Assembly (NCBI GenBank): GCA_963700145.1
Contig: OY969474.1
Span: 5,152,001-5,216,000, forward strand
DNA length: 64,000 nt
Source of the DNA: an uncultured Acidobacteriota bacterium
Lineage (GTDB): Bacteria > Acidobacteriota > Thermoanaerobaculia > Multivoradales > UBA5704
Direction: 5' to 3'
Shown: piece after piece, positions 9,114 to 19,260 of the stretch
Numbering within the stretch: the stretch's first letter is position 1
Layout of the letters: each line of letters starts with the position of its first letter
The notes under the pieces: model-generated
The model's input: the letters and a program-made list of their open reading frames with translations, nothing else
Told to the model about the DNA's origin: nothing
Database searches by the model: none
Translations under genes and position numbers: made by a program

Positions 9114-9893
9114 GTGCGGAAGCCGCCGCTGCGGAAGGGGTTAGGGCAGCACCACTTGGTGTCCGGGGCGCTCTGCCGGCCGCTGGTCGGGTTCCTGGCG
9201 CCGGCGGGGGAGCGGGTGGTGGAGATCGGGCCGGGGGGTGGGGTGCTCACGCGCGAGTTGCTCGCCGCCGGCGCGCGGCGGGTCCTCGGGCTCGAGCTCG
9301 ATGCCGCTTGGGCCTTTGCGCTGCGGCGCCAGCTCCGCGACACCCGGCTCGCGCTGGTCGTCGCGGACGCGCTCGACTTCGATTGGTCGTGCCTGCCGGC
9401 GCCGACACTCGTCGGCGGGAACCTCCCGTACAACGTCGCCACCGCGATCCTCGAGCGGTTCCTGCCGCACGGCGGGCGCGTGCCGCGCGCCGCCTTTCTG
9501 GTGCAGAAGGAGGTGGCGGAGCGGATCGTCGCCGGGCCCGGCGATCCCGGCTACGGCAGCTTCAGCGTGCTCGTCGCCTGCTACGCGCGGGCGAGCGTTC
9601 TCGGCCGCGTGCGTCCGGGGAGCTTCCGCCCGCCGCCGAAGGTCGAGAGCGCCTTCGTCGGCCTCGAGCTCCACCCGCCGCCGCTTCCGCCGGGCGAGAT
9701 GCCCGCCTTCGTCGCCACGGTCCGGCTCGCCTTCGGCCAGCGGCGGAAGACGCTGCGCAACGCGCTGGCCGCCGGGTGGGGGAGGGAGGAGGCCGAGCGC
9801 GGCCTCGCCGCCGCGGGACTTCCGCCCGGCGCCCGCGCCGAGGAGCTGGGGCTCGCCGAATTTCTTGCGCTCCACGCGCAGCGGTGGCGCTGA
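9114..9893 (+). CDS. rsmA: 16S rRNA m6,2A dimethyltransferase
   Basis: LGQHHL, VEIGPGGG, GNLPYNV, VQKEVAERI, SFRPPPKVESA, QRRKTLRNAL. Confidence 0.95.
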   Translation: MRKPPLRKGLGQHHLVSGALCRPLVGFLAPAGERVVEIGPGGGVLTRELLAAGARRVLGLELDAAWAFALRRQLRDTRLALVVADALDFDWSCLPAPTLVGGNLPYNVATAILERFLPHGGRVPRAAFLVQKEVAERIVAGPGDPGYGSFSVLVACYARASVLGRVRPGSFRPPPKVESAFVGLELHPPPLPPGEMPAFVATVRLAFGQRRKTLRNALAAGWGREEAERGLAAAGLPPGARAEELGLAEFLALHAQRWR

Positions 9894-11974
9894 TGCAGTG
9901 GGACCTGCTCGCCGCGATGCTCGCCTGCGCCGCCGGCGGCGTCGCGCTCTGGAACCTCTGCTTCCGGCCGCGGCTGCCGTGGCGGTGGGCCGCCGTCCTC
10001 GCCGCGCTCGCCCTCGGCCCGCTCCTGCCGGCGCTGCGCCCGGGGATGGTCTACGGCCCCTTCGACACGAACGCCTCGAAGCTGCCGTGGGCGACTTCCA
10101 CCGCGGAGTTCGGCGCGCGCCCCGAGAGCCCGGGCCTCAACGACGTCACCCTCCAATTCGTTCCATGGCAGACCGAGGCGCGGCAGCAACTCCTCGCCGG
10201 GCGGGTGCCGCTCTTCAACCCCTACTCCGGCGCCGGGCAGCCCCTCCTCGGCAACGGCCAGTCGGCGCCGTTCAGCGCGGTCTCGCTCGCGGCGCTGCCC
10301 TTCGACCCGCGGCGGGCGCAGTCGCTGCGCGCCTTCCTCAAGGTCCTCCTTGCCCTCGCTGGAACGTTCCTCGCCGCGCGCCAGCTCGGCTGCCGCCCCT
10401 GCTTCGCGCTGCCGGCGGCGGTCGCCTACGCCTACGGCGGGTCGCTGGCGGTCTGGCAGCTCTTCCCGCACGCCGAGGTGATGGCGCTCTGGCCGTTCGC
10501 CTTCCTGGCGAGCGAGTGGCTGTTCGCCGCGCCCGAGGAACGACGCGCGCGTGCGCTCCTTGTCCTGGCGCTCGCCGGGATGCTCCTCGCCGGGCACCCG
10601 GAGACGGCCGTCGCCGCCGGGCTCGCCCTCGCGGGGCGCTGGATCTACGTTCTCTTGCGGCACCGGCGCGACCCGCTGCGGCGGCGGGCCGTCGCCGTTG
10701 TCGCCGCGGGCGCGGCGCTCGCCGTCCTCCTCACCGCGTTCTTCACCCTGCCGCTGGCGCAGACCATCCTCGGCTCGGAGAAGCTGGCGCGCGCCGAGGC
10801 CGGCGGCACGGAGGTCGCGCCGGCCGCCGCCCGTGCCGCCTCGCTCGGCGCCCTGCTCAACCACGTCGCGCCGGGGGTCGGGGGGCCCTCGACGCTGCAC
10901 TGGCTGGTCGAAGGGACGGTCGGTCTGCCGGCGCTCTTCCTCGCAATCGCCGGGCTCCTCGCCGGCACCTGGCGGCGCCCGCCGGGCGGCTACCTCGCGC
11001 TCCTCGCCGTCGTCGCCTACGCGCTCCACCTCGACCCCGGCGTCTTGCGGCCGCTCCTCCGCGGCGTTCCGCTCCTCGCCGCCTTCGCGCCCCGCTACAT
11101 GGCCTACCTCGGCGGCTTCGCCGTCGCGCTCCTCGCCGCGCTGGCGCTGGAGCGCTGGGCGGCGGCGCGCGCCGACCGACCCGGCGGCTCCCGCGCGTTC
11201 GCGCCGGCCGCCGGGATCGCCGTTGCGTTCCTCACGCTCGCCCAGCTCCGCCTGGCCTTCGCCGGCTACGTCCCCACCGTCCCGGCGGCCGTCGCCTACC
11301 CGGAAGTGCCGCTCCTCACGCGCCTGGCACGCGAGCCCGGGCCCTTCCGGCTGATCGGCACGCGCGGCGTCCTGCCGCCCAACGCCTCGACCGTCTACCG
11401 CCTGCGCGACGTCCGCTCGCACGACCCGACGGAGCCCGCGCGCCTCGTCGCCTGGCAGCACGCGCGGCTCGACCTCGACGCCCGCCGCTACCACAAGCAC
11501 TACCCCGGCCCGCGCCCGGAGCACCTGCCCGCGCTCCGCCGGCTGGGAGTCCGCTTCCTCCTCGCCGGCCCGCGCCTCCGCCCCGGCCCGCCCTGGATCG
11601 ACCGCGGCCGCTTCGGCGCGACCCAGCTCTGGGAGCTGCCGGGGGAGGTGCGCTGGGCGTCCTTCCAGGCGCCGCCGCGCCGCGCGCAAGTGCTGGAAAC
11701 GAAGGTGGACGGCGACCGGATCGACGTGCGAGTCGCGGTCCGCGAGCCGGCCTGGCTGGTCGTCGCCCAGGCGGCGGTGCCCGGCTGGCGCGCGGAGGCC
11801 GACGGCCGGCCGCTCCCGACCGGCGCCGCAGAGGGCGCCCTCCTCGCCGTGCGTGTCCCCGCCGGCGCCCGCAGTGTCCGCCTCCGCTACGCCCCGGCCG
11901 CCTGGCGATTGGGGGCCGCGCTCTCGCTCCTGGGGCTGGGCGTTGCCGCCGGCTATGCTAGACTTCATCGCTAG
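9893..11974 (+). CDS. YfhO-family (GT-C-like) membrane protein
   Basis: ATG overlaps the rsmA stop (TGATG); PLFNPYSGAGQPLLGNGQSAPF; many TM segments; C-terminal LVVAQAAVPGWRA. Confidence 0.8.
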   Translation: MQWDLLAAMLACAAGGVALWNLCFRPRLPWRWAAVLAALALGPLLPALRPGMVYGPFDTNASKLPWATSTAEFGARPESPGLNDVTLQFVPWQTEARQQLLAGRVPLFNPYSGAGQPLLGNGQSAPFSAVSLAALPFDPRRAQSLRAFLKVLLALAGTFLAARQLGCRPCFALPAAVAYAYGGSLAVWQLFPHAEVMALWPFAFLASEWLFAAPEERRARALLVLALAGMLLAGHPETAVAAGLALAGRWIYVLLRHRRDPLRRRAVAVVAAGAALAVLLTAFFTLPLAQTILGSEKLARAEAGGTEVAPAAARAASLGALLNHVAPGVGGPSTLHWLVEGTVGLPALFLAIAGLLAGTWRRPPGGYLALLAVVAYALHLDPGVLRPLLRGVPLLAAFAPRYMAYLGGFAVALLAALALERWAAARADRPGGSRAFAPAAGIAVAFLTLAQLRLAFAGYVPTVPAAVAYPEVPLLTRLAREPGPFRLIGTRGVLPPNASTVYRLRDVRSHDPTEPARLVAWQHARLDLDARRYHKHYPGPRPEHLPALRRLGVRFLLAGPRLRPGPPWIDRGRFGATQLWELPGEVRWASFQAPPRRAQVLETKVDGDRIDVRVAVREPAWLVVAQAAVPGWRAEADGRPLPTGAAEGALLAVRVPAGARSVRLRYAPAAWRLGAALSLLGLGVAAGYARLHR

Positions 11975-12011
11975 TTAGGCCCCAATCCTTCACCTGGAAC
12001 CTGAACCGGAC

Positions 12012-14513
12012 TTGAGCGCCGAGACCCACGTGCCTCTGGTCGTCAGCAGGAAGCGCGGCGCCGCGCCCCCGGCCCTGTCGCCGGAGAAAAGCCGCGAGCT
12101 CCTGGGCATCCTCCTCGTCGCCCTGGCGCTCTTCCTCGGTCTCGCCCTCGGCACCTACCAGCCCGAGGACCCGAGCTTCTTCCACCGCACGATCTCGGAC
12201 GCTTCGCGCACCCGCAACGCGGCCGGGCCGGTGGGAGCGGAGATCGCCGCCCTGGCCTTCCAGTTCCTCGGCGCCTCCTGCCTCGCGGTGCCGTTCTTCC
12301 TCCTGATCGGCGGCTGGCGCCGCCTGCGCCGCCGCAACGGCGAGAAGGTCGTGGGGCGCGGCATCGGCGCGCTGCTCCTCCTCGCCGCCCTGCCGGCACT
12401 GCTCCAGGTGCTCGTCGCCGAGGTCCCGTGGCGGCAGGCGACGGTCGCCGCCGGCGGCGCCTTCGGCGTCGTGCTCTCGGAGCTGCTGCTCGCCCGGCTC
12501 AACCTGCCGGGGACGCTACTCGTCCTGCTGGTGGCGCTCCTGGCCGGCGCCCTCCTCGCCGTGCAGTCCACGCTCGACGACATGCTGCGCGCCTGGCGCG
12601 CCCGCCTCGCGCACGGCTGGCAGGAGTGGCAGCTCGCCCGCGCCCGGCGCAAGGAGCGGAAGGCGAAGGAGAGGTCGCGCCGCCGCGTCGTCGCCAAGCA
12701 CCTCCAGCGCGCCGCCGAGGAGAAGCAGCGCAAGGAGGAGCCGGCGCCGCCGCCGGTCATCGCGCGCGGCATGTCGGCGGCCGCGGCGGCGCCCGCCGGC
12801 GGCCGGATCGACCTGCCGCTACGGCGGGTCGCGAGCGGCGCCGACGGCGACCTGGCGTTGCGCCGCGCGCCCGCCGCGCCGCCCGAGGACCTCGACGAGC
12901 TGGACCTCGCCCCCGAGCGGCCGCGCGCCGCGGCCGGCCCGCGCGCCGCCGCCGAGCGCAGCGCCGCAACCCGTGCGACGCGCAATCCGCGGCAGGAGGC
13001 GCTCTTCACCGCCCCGCCGGCGACCCCCGGCGCCCTGCCGCCGATCAACCTCCTCTCGCTCGAGGAGCCGCGCAGCGGTATCGACGAGAGCGAGCTGGTG
13101 CGGCTGGGCGAGATGATCCGCTCGCGCTGCGCCGAGTTCGGGGTCGAGGGAACGGTCGAGGGGATCAGCCCCGGGCCGGTCATCACCGTCTACGAGCTGC
13201 AGCCGGCGCCGGGCGTCAAGGTGGCGCAGATCGTCAACCTCCAGGACGACCTCGCGCTCGCGCTCAAGGCCGAGTCGGTGCGCATCGACCGCATGCCCGG
13301 GCGGTCGACCCTCGGCGTCGAGGTCCCCAACCGCGAGCGGGCGACGATCCACCTGGGCGCTCTCCTCGCCGACGAGCGGTTCAAGCGGGCGCCGTCGGTC
13401 TTGACCATGGCCCTCGGCACCGACATCCACGGCCAGCCCTACTACGCCGACCTCGCCGGCATGCCGCATCTCCTGGTGGCGGGCGCCACCGGCGCCGGCA
13501 AGAGCGTCGGCCTCCAGGCCATGATCACCTCGATCCTCTACCGCGCCACGCGCGACGAGGTGCAGTTCATCTTCATCGATCCGAAGCGGATCGAGCTCGG
13601 CGTCTACGCCGACATCCCGCACCTCAAGTGCGAGGTCGTGGTGGACCCCAAGAAGGCGGCCAACGCGCTGCGCTGGGCGGTGGCCGAGATGGAGCGGCGC
13701 TACCGCCTGCTCGCCGAGGTCCACGTGCGCTCGATCGCCTACTACAACCGCGCCATCCAGGACCCGCAGGTGCAGCAGCGGCTGGCGCTCTCCGAAGGGG
13801 AGAGCGCGCTCGCCGCCGAGGACCTGAAGCCGCTGCCCTACTACGTCGTGGTGATCGACGAGCTCGCCGACCTGATGATGGTGTCGTCGGCGGAGGTGGA
13901 GGCGTCGATCGCGCGGCTGGCGCAGATGGCGCGCGCCGTCGGCATCCACCTGATCGTGGCCACGCAGCGCCCGTCGGTGGACGTCCTGACCGGCACCATC
14001 AAGGCGAACTTCCCCTGCCGCATCAGCTACGCCACGGCGAGCCGCCACGACTCGCGCACGATCCTCGACCAGATCGGCTCGGAGAAGCTGCTCGGCAAGG
14101 GCGACATGCTGTTCATGCCCCCCGGCTCCTCGCGCATCATGCGGCTCCACGGCGCCTACGTCTCGGAGCAGGAGACGGCGGCGCTGGTGCGCTGGCTCAA
14201 GAAGCAGGGGCGGCCGGAGCTCGACCCCGAGGTGCTGGCCGACCAGGAGGAGGGCGGGATGGGCGGCGGCGGCGACGAGGGGGACGACGTGCTCTACGAC
14301 GAGGCGTCGCGCCTGGTGGTGACCGAGCGCATGGCCTCGGCCTCCTTCCTCCAGCGCCGCATGCGCATCGGCTTCTCCCGCGCCGCCCGCCTCATCGACA
14401 TGATGGCCCGCGACGGCCTCCTCGGCCCCCCCCAGGGCAGCAAGCCGCGCGAGGTCCTGGTCAAGCAGGACTACTTCGCAGAAGTGGACCTCGCCCGCCG
14501 CGGCGAGGGGTAG
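12012..14513 (+). CDS. ftsK: DNA translocase FtsK
   Basis: N-terminal TM segments; PHLLVAGATGAGKSV, VIDELADLMM, ATQRPSVDV, EKLLGKGDML; gamma domain LQRRMRIGFSRAARLID. Confidence 0.97.
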   Translation: MSAETHVPLVVSRKRGAAPPALSPEKSRELLGILLVALALFLGLALGTYQPEDPSFFHRTISDASRTRNAAGPVGAEIAALAFQFLGASCLAVPFFLLIGGWRRLRRRNGEKVVGRGIGALLLLAALPALLQVLVAEVPWRQATVAAGGAFGVVLSELLLARLNLPGTLLVLLVALLAGALLAVQSTLDDMLRAWRARLAHGWQEWQLARARRKERKAKERSRRRVVAKHLQRAAEEKQRKEEPAPPPVIARGMSAAAAAPAGGRIDLPLRRVASGADGDLALRRAPAAPPEDLDELDLAPERPRAAAGPRAAAERSAATRATRNPRQEALFTAPPATPGALPPINLLSLEEPRSGIDESELVRLGEMIRSRCAEFGVEGTVEGISPGPVITVYELQPAPGVKVAQIVNLQDDLALALKAESVRIDRMPGRSTLGVEVPNRERATIHLGALLADERFKRAPSVLTMALGTDIHGQPYYADLAGMPHLLVAGATGAGKSVGLQAMITSILYRATRDEVQFIFIDPKRIELGVYADIPHLKCEVVVDPKKAANALRWAVAEMERRYRLLAEVHVRSIAYYNRAIQDPQVQQRLALSEGESALAAEDLKPLPYYVVVIDELADLMMVSSAEVEASIARLAQMARAVGIHLIVATQRPSVDVLTGTIKANFPCRISYATASRHDSRTILDQIGSEKLLGKGDMLFMPPGSSRIMRLHGAYVSEQETAALVRWLKKQGRPELDPEVLADQEEGGMGGGGDEGDDVLYDEASRLVVTERMASASFLQRRMRIGFSRAARLIDMMARDGLLGPPQGSKPREVLVKQDYFAEVDLARRGEG

Positions 14514-14524
14514 CTGCCGCCGTT

Positions 14525-14551
14525 TGTCATCCCGAGCGTAGCGAGGGATCT
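14525..14551. repeat. REP-like palindromic element
   Basis: TGTCATCCCGAGCGTAGCGAGGGATCT with an ATCCC...GGGAT stem, intergenic after ftsK; I saw one copy in this window. Confidence 0.55.
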
Positions 14552-14579
14552 GGGGGGTGGGCGGCTAGAATTCGTCCAA

Positions 14580-17372
14580 ATGCCGAAACCCAGCGTCTTC
14601 CTGAGCTACAGCCATCAGGACGAGGACTGGAAGACGCGCCTCCGCACGCACCTCAAGGTGCTCGAGCACGTCGGCACCTTTGAAGTCTGGGACGACCGTC
14701 GGATCGACACCGGTGCGACCTGGTTTGACGAGATCCGCGAAGCGATGGACGGTGCCGCGGCGGCCGTCTGCCTTATTTCCGCGGACTACCTAGCGTCCGA
14801 CTTTGTGAACAAGGAGGAAATCCCCTACCTGCTGGAGCGGCGCCGGCGCGACGGCATGCTGTTCCTGCCAATCCTGCTGGAAAACTGTGCTTGGAAGAAG
14901 GTGCCGTGGCTGCGGGATCTCCAGATGGTCCCCAGCGGAAGGACAGTCAAGGACTTTCACGACAAGGGCGACAAAGTGTTCAGCGAGGTGGCCGAGCTCC
15001 TAGCCGACCGGCTCGCCGAGCTTGGGGCAGGTGGCGTCCTTGGTGAGGCAAGGACTGGCTATCGCGCCGTGGAGGTGCTGCAACCTGAAAAGGTTGATCT
15101 CGCACGCCTCCCTATCACAGGCGCTGAGCTGTTCGGCCGTCAAGCCGAGCTGGACTGGCTCGATTCGGCCTGGGACGAACGGAAGCTCCGCGTGGTCGCC
15201 CTCGTCGCCTGGGGCGGCATGGGCAAGTCAACGCTGGTGAACAAGTGGCTGGAGCGCTTGAAGGCAGACGGCTACCGAGCCGCGCGCCGAGTCTTCGGCT
15301 GGTCCTTCTACAGTCAGGGCACGAGCGAACGAGCAACCTCGGCCGACCTCTTCATTGCCACGGCGCTCGAATTCTTCGGCGATCCCAATCCGAAAGAGGG
15401 ATCACCATGGTCGAAGGGCGAGCGCCTCGCCGAACTGGTGCGGCGCGACCGCAACCTGCTCATCCTCGACGGCCTCGAGCCTCTCCAGTCGCCGACCGAG
15501 GAAGGCCGGGTAAAGGACCCTGCGCTCGCCACCCTCCTCGCCCGCCTTGCGCGTAGCGGTGCCGGCACGCCCGCGCTTTGTGTGATCTCGACCCGAGAGT
15601 CGCTAGGCGACCTCGTCGAATTCCCCGAAAACACCGAGAGCAAGGACTTGGAGCGAATCTCGCCCGAGGCGGGGCGCGCTCTGCTGCGCGTTGGCGGAGT
15701 ACGCGGTACCGACGCCGAGCTAGAGGACGCTACCCGCGCCTTCGGTGGTCACGCGATGGCGATGATCCTCCTCGCTGCGTACCTGCGGAGCGTCCCGGGG
15801 CATCCCATCGCGGCATCCGCGGAGCTTCCAAATCTCGACATCGCCGAGAAGAAGGGCCGCCATCCCCGGCGACTCATGGAAGCCTTCGCCCGGCGCTACG
15901 GATCGAGCTCCGAGATCGAGCTTCTCTCGGTCCTTGGCCTCTTCAACCGTCCTGCTGAACACTCCGCCGTCTCGGTCGTCCGAGCGCTACCGCCTGTTAA
16001 CGGTCTCACCGAACGCCTGGCGACGCTCGACGAGGCCGCGTGGCTTCGCTGCCTAGCAAGGCTACGTATCGACCGCCTTCTAGCCGAAGAGAACCCGCGT
16101 GACCCCGGCACCCTCGACTGTCACCCGATCGTCCGGGAACACTTCGGCGGGAAAGTAAAACAGGAAAACCCGACGGCCTGGTGTGAAGCGCACGGCCGGC
16201 TCTTCGAGTATTACAAGAGCAGTACGGAACGACTCCCGGAAACTTTGAAGGAGATGGCGCCTCTTTACGCCGCCATGGCCCATGGTTGCGAGGCAGGACG
16301 ATACCAAGAGGCGCTGGACCAGATTTTTCGGGCACGGATCGAGCGATCAGATGAGTTCTTCGCGACATACAAGCTTGGCGCCGCGGGGGCCGACCTCGCC
16401 GCGCTAGCCGGTCTCTTCGATCCGCCTTGGCGACGGCCAGTGGTAGCCCTGAGGAAGGTCGATCGCGTTTGGGTACTCGGCTCGGCTGGTTTCCGTCTCC
16501 AGGCTCTTGGTCGACTGGCAGAGGCTGAGGAGGCCATGCGATCTGCCTTGGATGGGCGGTTGGCGCTCGAGCATTGGGAAGGCGCCTCTATCGAGGCCAT
16601 TAACCTATGTGATCTCCACTTGGGCCTGGGCAACCTCAAGACGGCCCTCGACTTTGCGCGGCAGAGTTTGGAGTTCGCGGAGAGGAGCGGCGACGTCTTT
16701 GTGCGCATGGTCAGCCGTGCCAGCTGCGCGAACGTTCTCCATCAAGCGGGGCGCGACACTGATGCGGAGAAGCTCTTCCGTGAGGCGGAAGTAATCCAGC
16801 GCGAGCTTCTTCCCTCGATCCCAAGCTTGGTCTCGGTGCGGGGTTTCCATTATTGTGACCTACTTTTGGATCAAGGACGCTGGCGTGACGTTGAGCAGCG
16901 GGCGGAGCAGGCGATCGCCAGAAGCCGCGAGAATCGATGGCTTCTCGACGTGGCTCTCGACCACTTGTCCCTCGGGCGGGCCGCTCTCATCGGGGCCTCG
17001 GCGGAGGGTAAGGCTTCCCTCACTCGCGCCACAGACCACTTAGACCTGGCTGTGGAAGGCCTTCGGAGCGCGAGTCAGCTCGATGAACTCCCACGCGGCC
17101 TCCTGGCCCGCGCCGAGCTGTCCATCATCAAAAACGATGCCGCCGCGGCGCGCGCCGATCTAGACGAGACTCTCGCCATTGCTACCCGGGCAGGGATGCG
17201 GCTCTACGAAGCCGATGCCCACCTCCGTTTCGCGCGCCTTCACCTCGCCGAAGGCGACCGCCCGCGCGCCCGTGAGAGCCTTGAGCGCGCACGGAAGCTG
17301 GTCGAGGAAACCGGCTATCACCGCCGCGACAAAGAAGTGGAGGAACTGGCGAGGCAGCTTCGTCCAGAGTGA
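14580..17372 (+). CDS. TIR domain - STAND P-loop ATPase - TPR repeat protein
   Basis: TIR: VFLSYSHQD, WDDRRIDTG, YLASDFVNKEEI. ATPase: Walker A GGMGKST, Walker B LLILDGLE, MHD-like CHPIVRE. C-terminal TPR-like helices. Confidence 0.88.
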   Translation: MPKPSVFLSYSHQDEDWKTRLRTHLKVLEHVGTFEVWDDRRIDTGATWFDEIREAMDGAAAAVCLISADYLASDFVNKEEIPYLLERRRRDGMLFLPILLENCAWKKVPWLRDLQMVPSGRTVKDFHDKGDKVFSEVAELLADRLAELGAGGVLGEARTGYRAVEVLQPEKVDLARLPITGAELFGRQAELDWLDSAWDERKLRVVALVAWGGMGKSTLVNKWLERLKADGYRAARRVFGWSFYSQGTSERATSADLFIATALEFFGDPNPKEGSPWSKGERLAELVRRDRNLLILDGLEPLQSPTEEGRVKDPALATLLARLARSGAGTPALCVISTRESLGDLVEFPENTESKDLERISPEAGRALLRVGGVRGTDAELEDATRAFGGHAMAMILLAAYLRSVPGHPIAASAELPNLDIAEKKGRHPRRLMEAFARRYGSSSEIELLSVLGLFNRPAEHSAVSVVRALPPVNGLTERLATLDEAAWLRCLARLRIDRLLAEENPRDPGTLDCHPIVREHFGGKVKQENPTAWCEAHGRLFEYYKSSTERLPETLKEMAPLYAAMAHGCEAGRYQEALDQIFRARIERSDEFFATYKLGAAGADLAALAGLFDPPWRRPVVALRKVDRVWVLGSAGFRLQALGRLAEAEEAMRSALDGRLALEHWEGASIEAINLCDLHLGLGNLKTALDFARQSLEFAERSGDVFVRMVSRASCANVLHQAGRDTDAEKLFREAEVIQRELLPSIPSLVSVRGFHYCDLLLDQGRWRDVEQRAEQAIARSRENRWLLDVALDHLSLGRAALIGASAEGKASLTRATDHLDLAVEGLRSASQLDELPRGLLARAELSIIKNDAAAARADLDETLAIATRAGMRLYEADAHLRFARLHLAEGDRPRARESLERARKLVEETGYHRRDKEVEELARQLRPE

Positions 17373-17399
17373 GTCGGGCGGCAAGGCTACAATCCTCCG

Positions 17400-17930
17400 G
17401 TGGACTTCGCCCGCGTGTTGGAGAGCGTCTGCGGCTTTCTCGACCAGCGCGGCGTGCGCTACGCCGTCATCGACGGTCTGGGGCTCGCGGCGTACGGGAT
17501 GGCGCGCACGACTCTCGACGTGGACTTCGTGGTCGACGGGGAGGCCCAGGAGGAGCTGGTGACCTTCCTGAGTGGGCTCGGCTACAGGACGCTGCACCGA
17601 TCGGAGGGGTACTCGAACCACGAGCACGTCGATCCGGACTGGGGCGGGGTGGACATTGTCTACGTGCGCGGGGAGACCAGCGAGCGTCTGTTCGAGGGCA
17701 CGCGGATGGTGGGCGGCCCGCGCGGTCGTGAGCTGCCCGTGCCGAGGCCCGAGCATTTGGCGGCGATGAAAGTCCTGGCGATGAAGAACGACCCCGCGCG
17801 CACCTTCCAGGAGCTGGCGGACATCCGGTTCCTGCTCGAGCTACCGGGAGTGGACCGCGGCGAGGTGCGGGGTTACTTCGAGCGCCATGGTCTGGCGGAG
17901 CGCTATCGTGAGCTCGAAGCCACGCTCTGA
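17400..17930 (+). CDS. Nucleotidyltransferase family protein (DUF6036/AbiEii-like)
   Basis: YAVIDGLGLAAYG...RTTLDVDF, EHLAAMK, ELADIRFLL. Confidence 0.8.
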   Translation: MDFARVLESVCGFLDQRGVRYAVIDGLGLAAYGMARTTLDVDFVVDGEAQEELVTFLSGLGYRTLHRSEGYSNHEHVDPDWGGVDIVYVRGETSERLFEGTRMVGGPRGRELPVPRPEHLAAMKVLAMKNDPARTFQELADIRFLLELPGVDRGEVRGYFERHGLAERYRELEATL

Positions 17931-18129
17931 GCCGCTCGACCTGGGGAGCGCGCTAGCGACGACCCCGGCCGACGTCGCCGCACTGCGCCGCCGCGCGACG
18001 GGACAGAACTGGCTGCAGCACGCCGAAGCCCTGGCGTTTCCCGATCTCTTCGCGACGCAGCCCCGGCGGCGGCCAATCCCTGCCGGCCGAGAGCCATTCC
18101 GTCTGGACTGGCCCGCCGGCGACGGTTAA
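17908..18129 (+). CDS. Small hypothetical protein overlapping the nucleotidyltransferase, possible partner
   Basis: GTG 17908; SSKPRSEPLDL...TTPADVAALRR...EPFRL. Confidence 0.45.
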   Translation: MSSKPRSEPLDLGSALATTPADVAALRRRATGQNWLQHAEALAFPDLFATQPRRRPIPAGREPFRLDWPAGDG

Positions 18130-18138
18130 CACCTCCCC

Positions 18139-18699
18139 TTACGTCGGATCAACCGGCCGCAGCTCCAGCCGCCCGCCGTGGCGGAGGAGGGGGCAGGCTG
18201 CGGCGAGGCGCAGGGCCTCGGTAGGGGAGGCGGCGCGGAGGAGGAAGTAGCCGCCGGGGCGGTCGGCGGCGCCGGTGGAGGGGAGGGGGGCGATTGCCCC
18301 GCCGGCGAGGCGCCATCCGTCGTCGCGCAGCTTCTCGGCCCCCAGCAAGTGGCCGTCGCGGTTCAGCTCGCCGGCCCAGGCGCGCAGCTCGGCGACGACG
18401 TCGGCTTCCGGCGCGATCTGGGTGCCGGCAGGCGGGGCGTGGAGGAGGAGGAGGTAGCTCTCCTCCGCGGGCGCCGGCCCCGGCGGGCGGCCCGCCCTCT
18501 CCTGCCCGGCCAGGAAGCCTCCCCCGGCCGCCAACACCAGCGCCGCCGCCCAGCCGATCCACTGCCGGGCGGGTGGGCGCCGATCGCCGCGGTCGGCGGC
18601 AAGGGCGGCCGCCACGCGGTCCTCCAGCTCTCCCAGGTCTTCCTCGGTGCGCAGCGGCGCGAGGGCCTGGCGCCAGGCGTCGTCGTGGGGATCGCTCAT
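18139..18699 (-). CDS. Putative anti-sigma factor with one TM segment and a C-terminal YCII-like domain
   Basis: ATG 18699 overlaps the sigma stop; TM WIGWAAALVLAAGGGFLAG; YLLLLH...GGYFLLRAASPTEALRLAAACP. Confidence 0.75.
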   Translation of the reverse strand: MSDPHDDAWRQALAPLRTEEDLGELEDRVAAALAADRGDRRPPARQWIGWAAALVLAAGGGFLAGQERAGRPPGPAPAEESYLLLLHAPPAGTQIAPEADVVAELRAWAGELNRDGHLLGAEKLRDDGWRLAGGAIAPLPSTGAADRPGGYFLLRAASPTEALRLAAACPLLRHGGRLELRPVDPT

Positions 18700-19244
18700 C
18701 GTCCTGCCTCTCCTTGGAGCATTTGGCGCAGGGCCGCCCGCGCCCGCGCGAGCTGGCTCTTCGAGGTGCCTGGCGTGACGCCGCGCACGGCGGCAATCTC
18801 CTCGTGGGTGAGCTCCTCGACGTCGTGGAGCAGGAGCGCCTCGCGGTAGCCGGCGGGAAGCGCGGCGACCGCCCGCTCCAGATCGACACGGGTCGCCACC
18901 GCCGGCGGGGCCACCGGCGGCCCGGGGCCGTCGAGCATTTCCAGCGCTCCGGCGGCGGGGCGGCGGCGCCACTCGTCGCGGCAGCGGTGGACGACGATGC
19001 CGAGGAGCCACGTGCGCAGCGGCGAGCGCCAGGCGAAGCCGCCGAGGCCGCGCGCCGCCCGCAGCCACGCCTCCTGCACCACGTCCTCGGCGGCCTCGAT
19101 GCGCGGCGCCAGCAGGCGCCGGGCGGTGCGCAGCATCGCCGGCGCGTGGCGGCGGAAGAGGGCGCGAAACGCCTCCTCGTCGCGGCGCTCGAGGAAGGCC
19201 GTGACGAGGAGGCGGTCGTCGGTTGCTGCCGTGCGGTCGCTCAC
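18696..19244 (-). CDS. ECF RNA polymerase sigma factor
   Basis: AEDVVQEAWL, LRTWLLGI, LPAGYREALLL, EEIA...GTSKSQLARAR. Confidence 0.93.
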   Translation of the reverse strand: MSDRTAATDDRLLVTAFLERRDEEAFRALFRRHAPAMLRTARRLLAPRIEAAEDVVQEAWLRAARGLGGFAWRSPLRTWLLGIVVHRCRDEWRRRPAAGALEMLDGPGPPVAPPAVATRVDLERAVAALPAGYREALLLHDVEELTHEEIAAVRGVTPGTSKSQLARARAALRQMLQGEAGR

Positions 19245-19260
19245 CCGGGGCTCGCGGATG

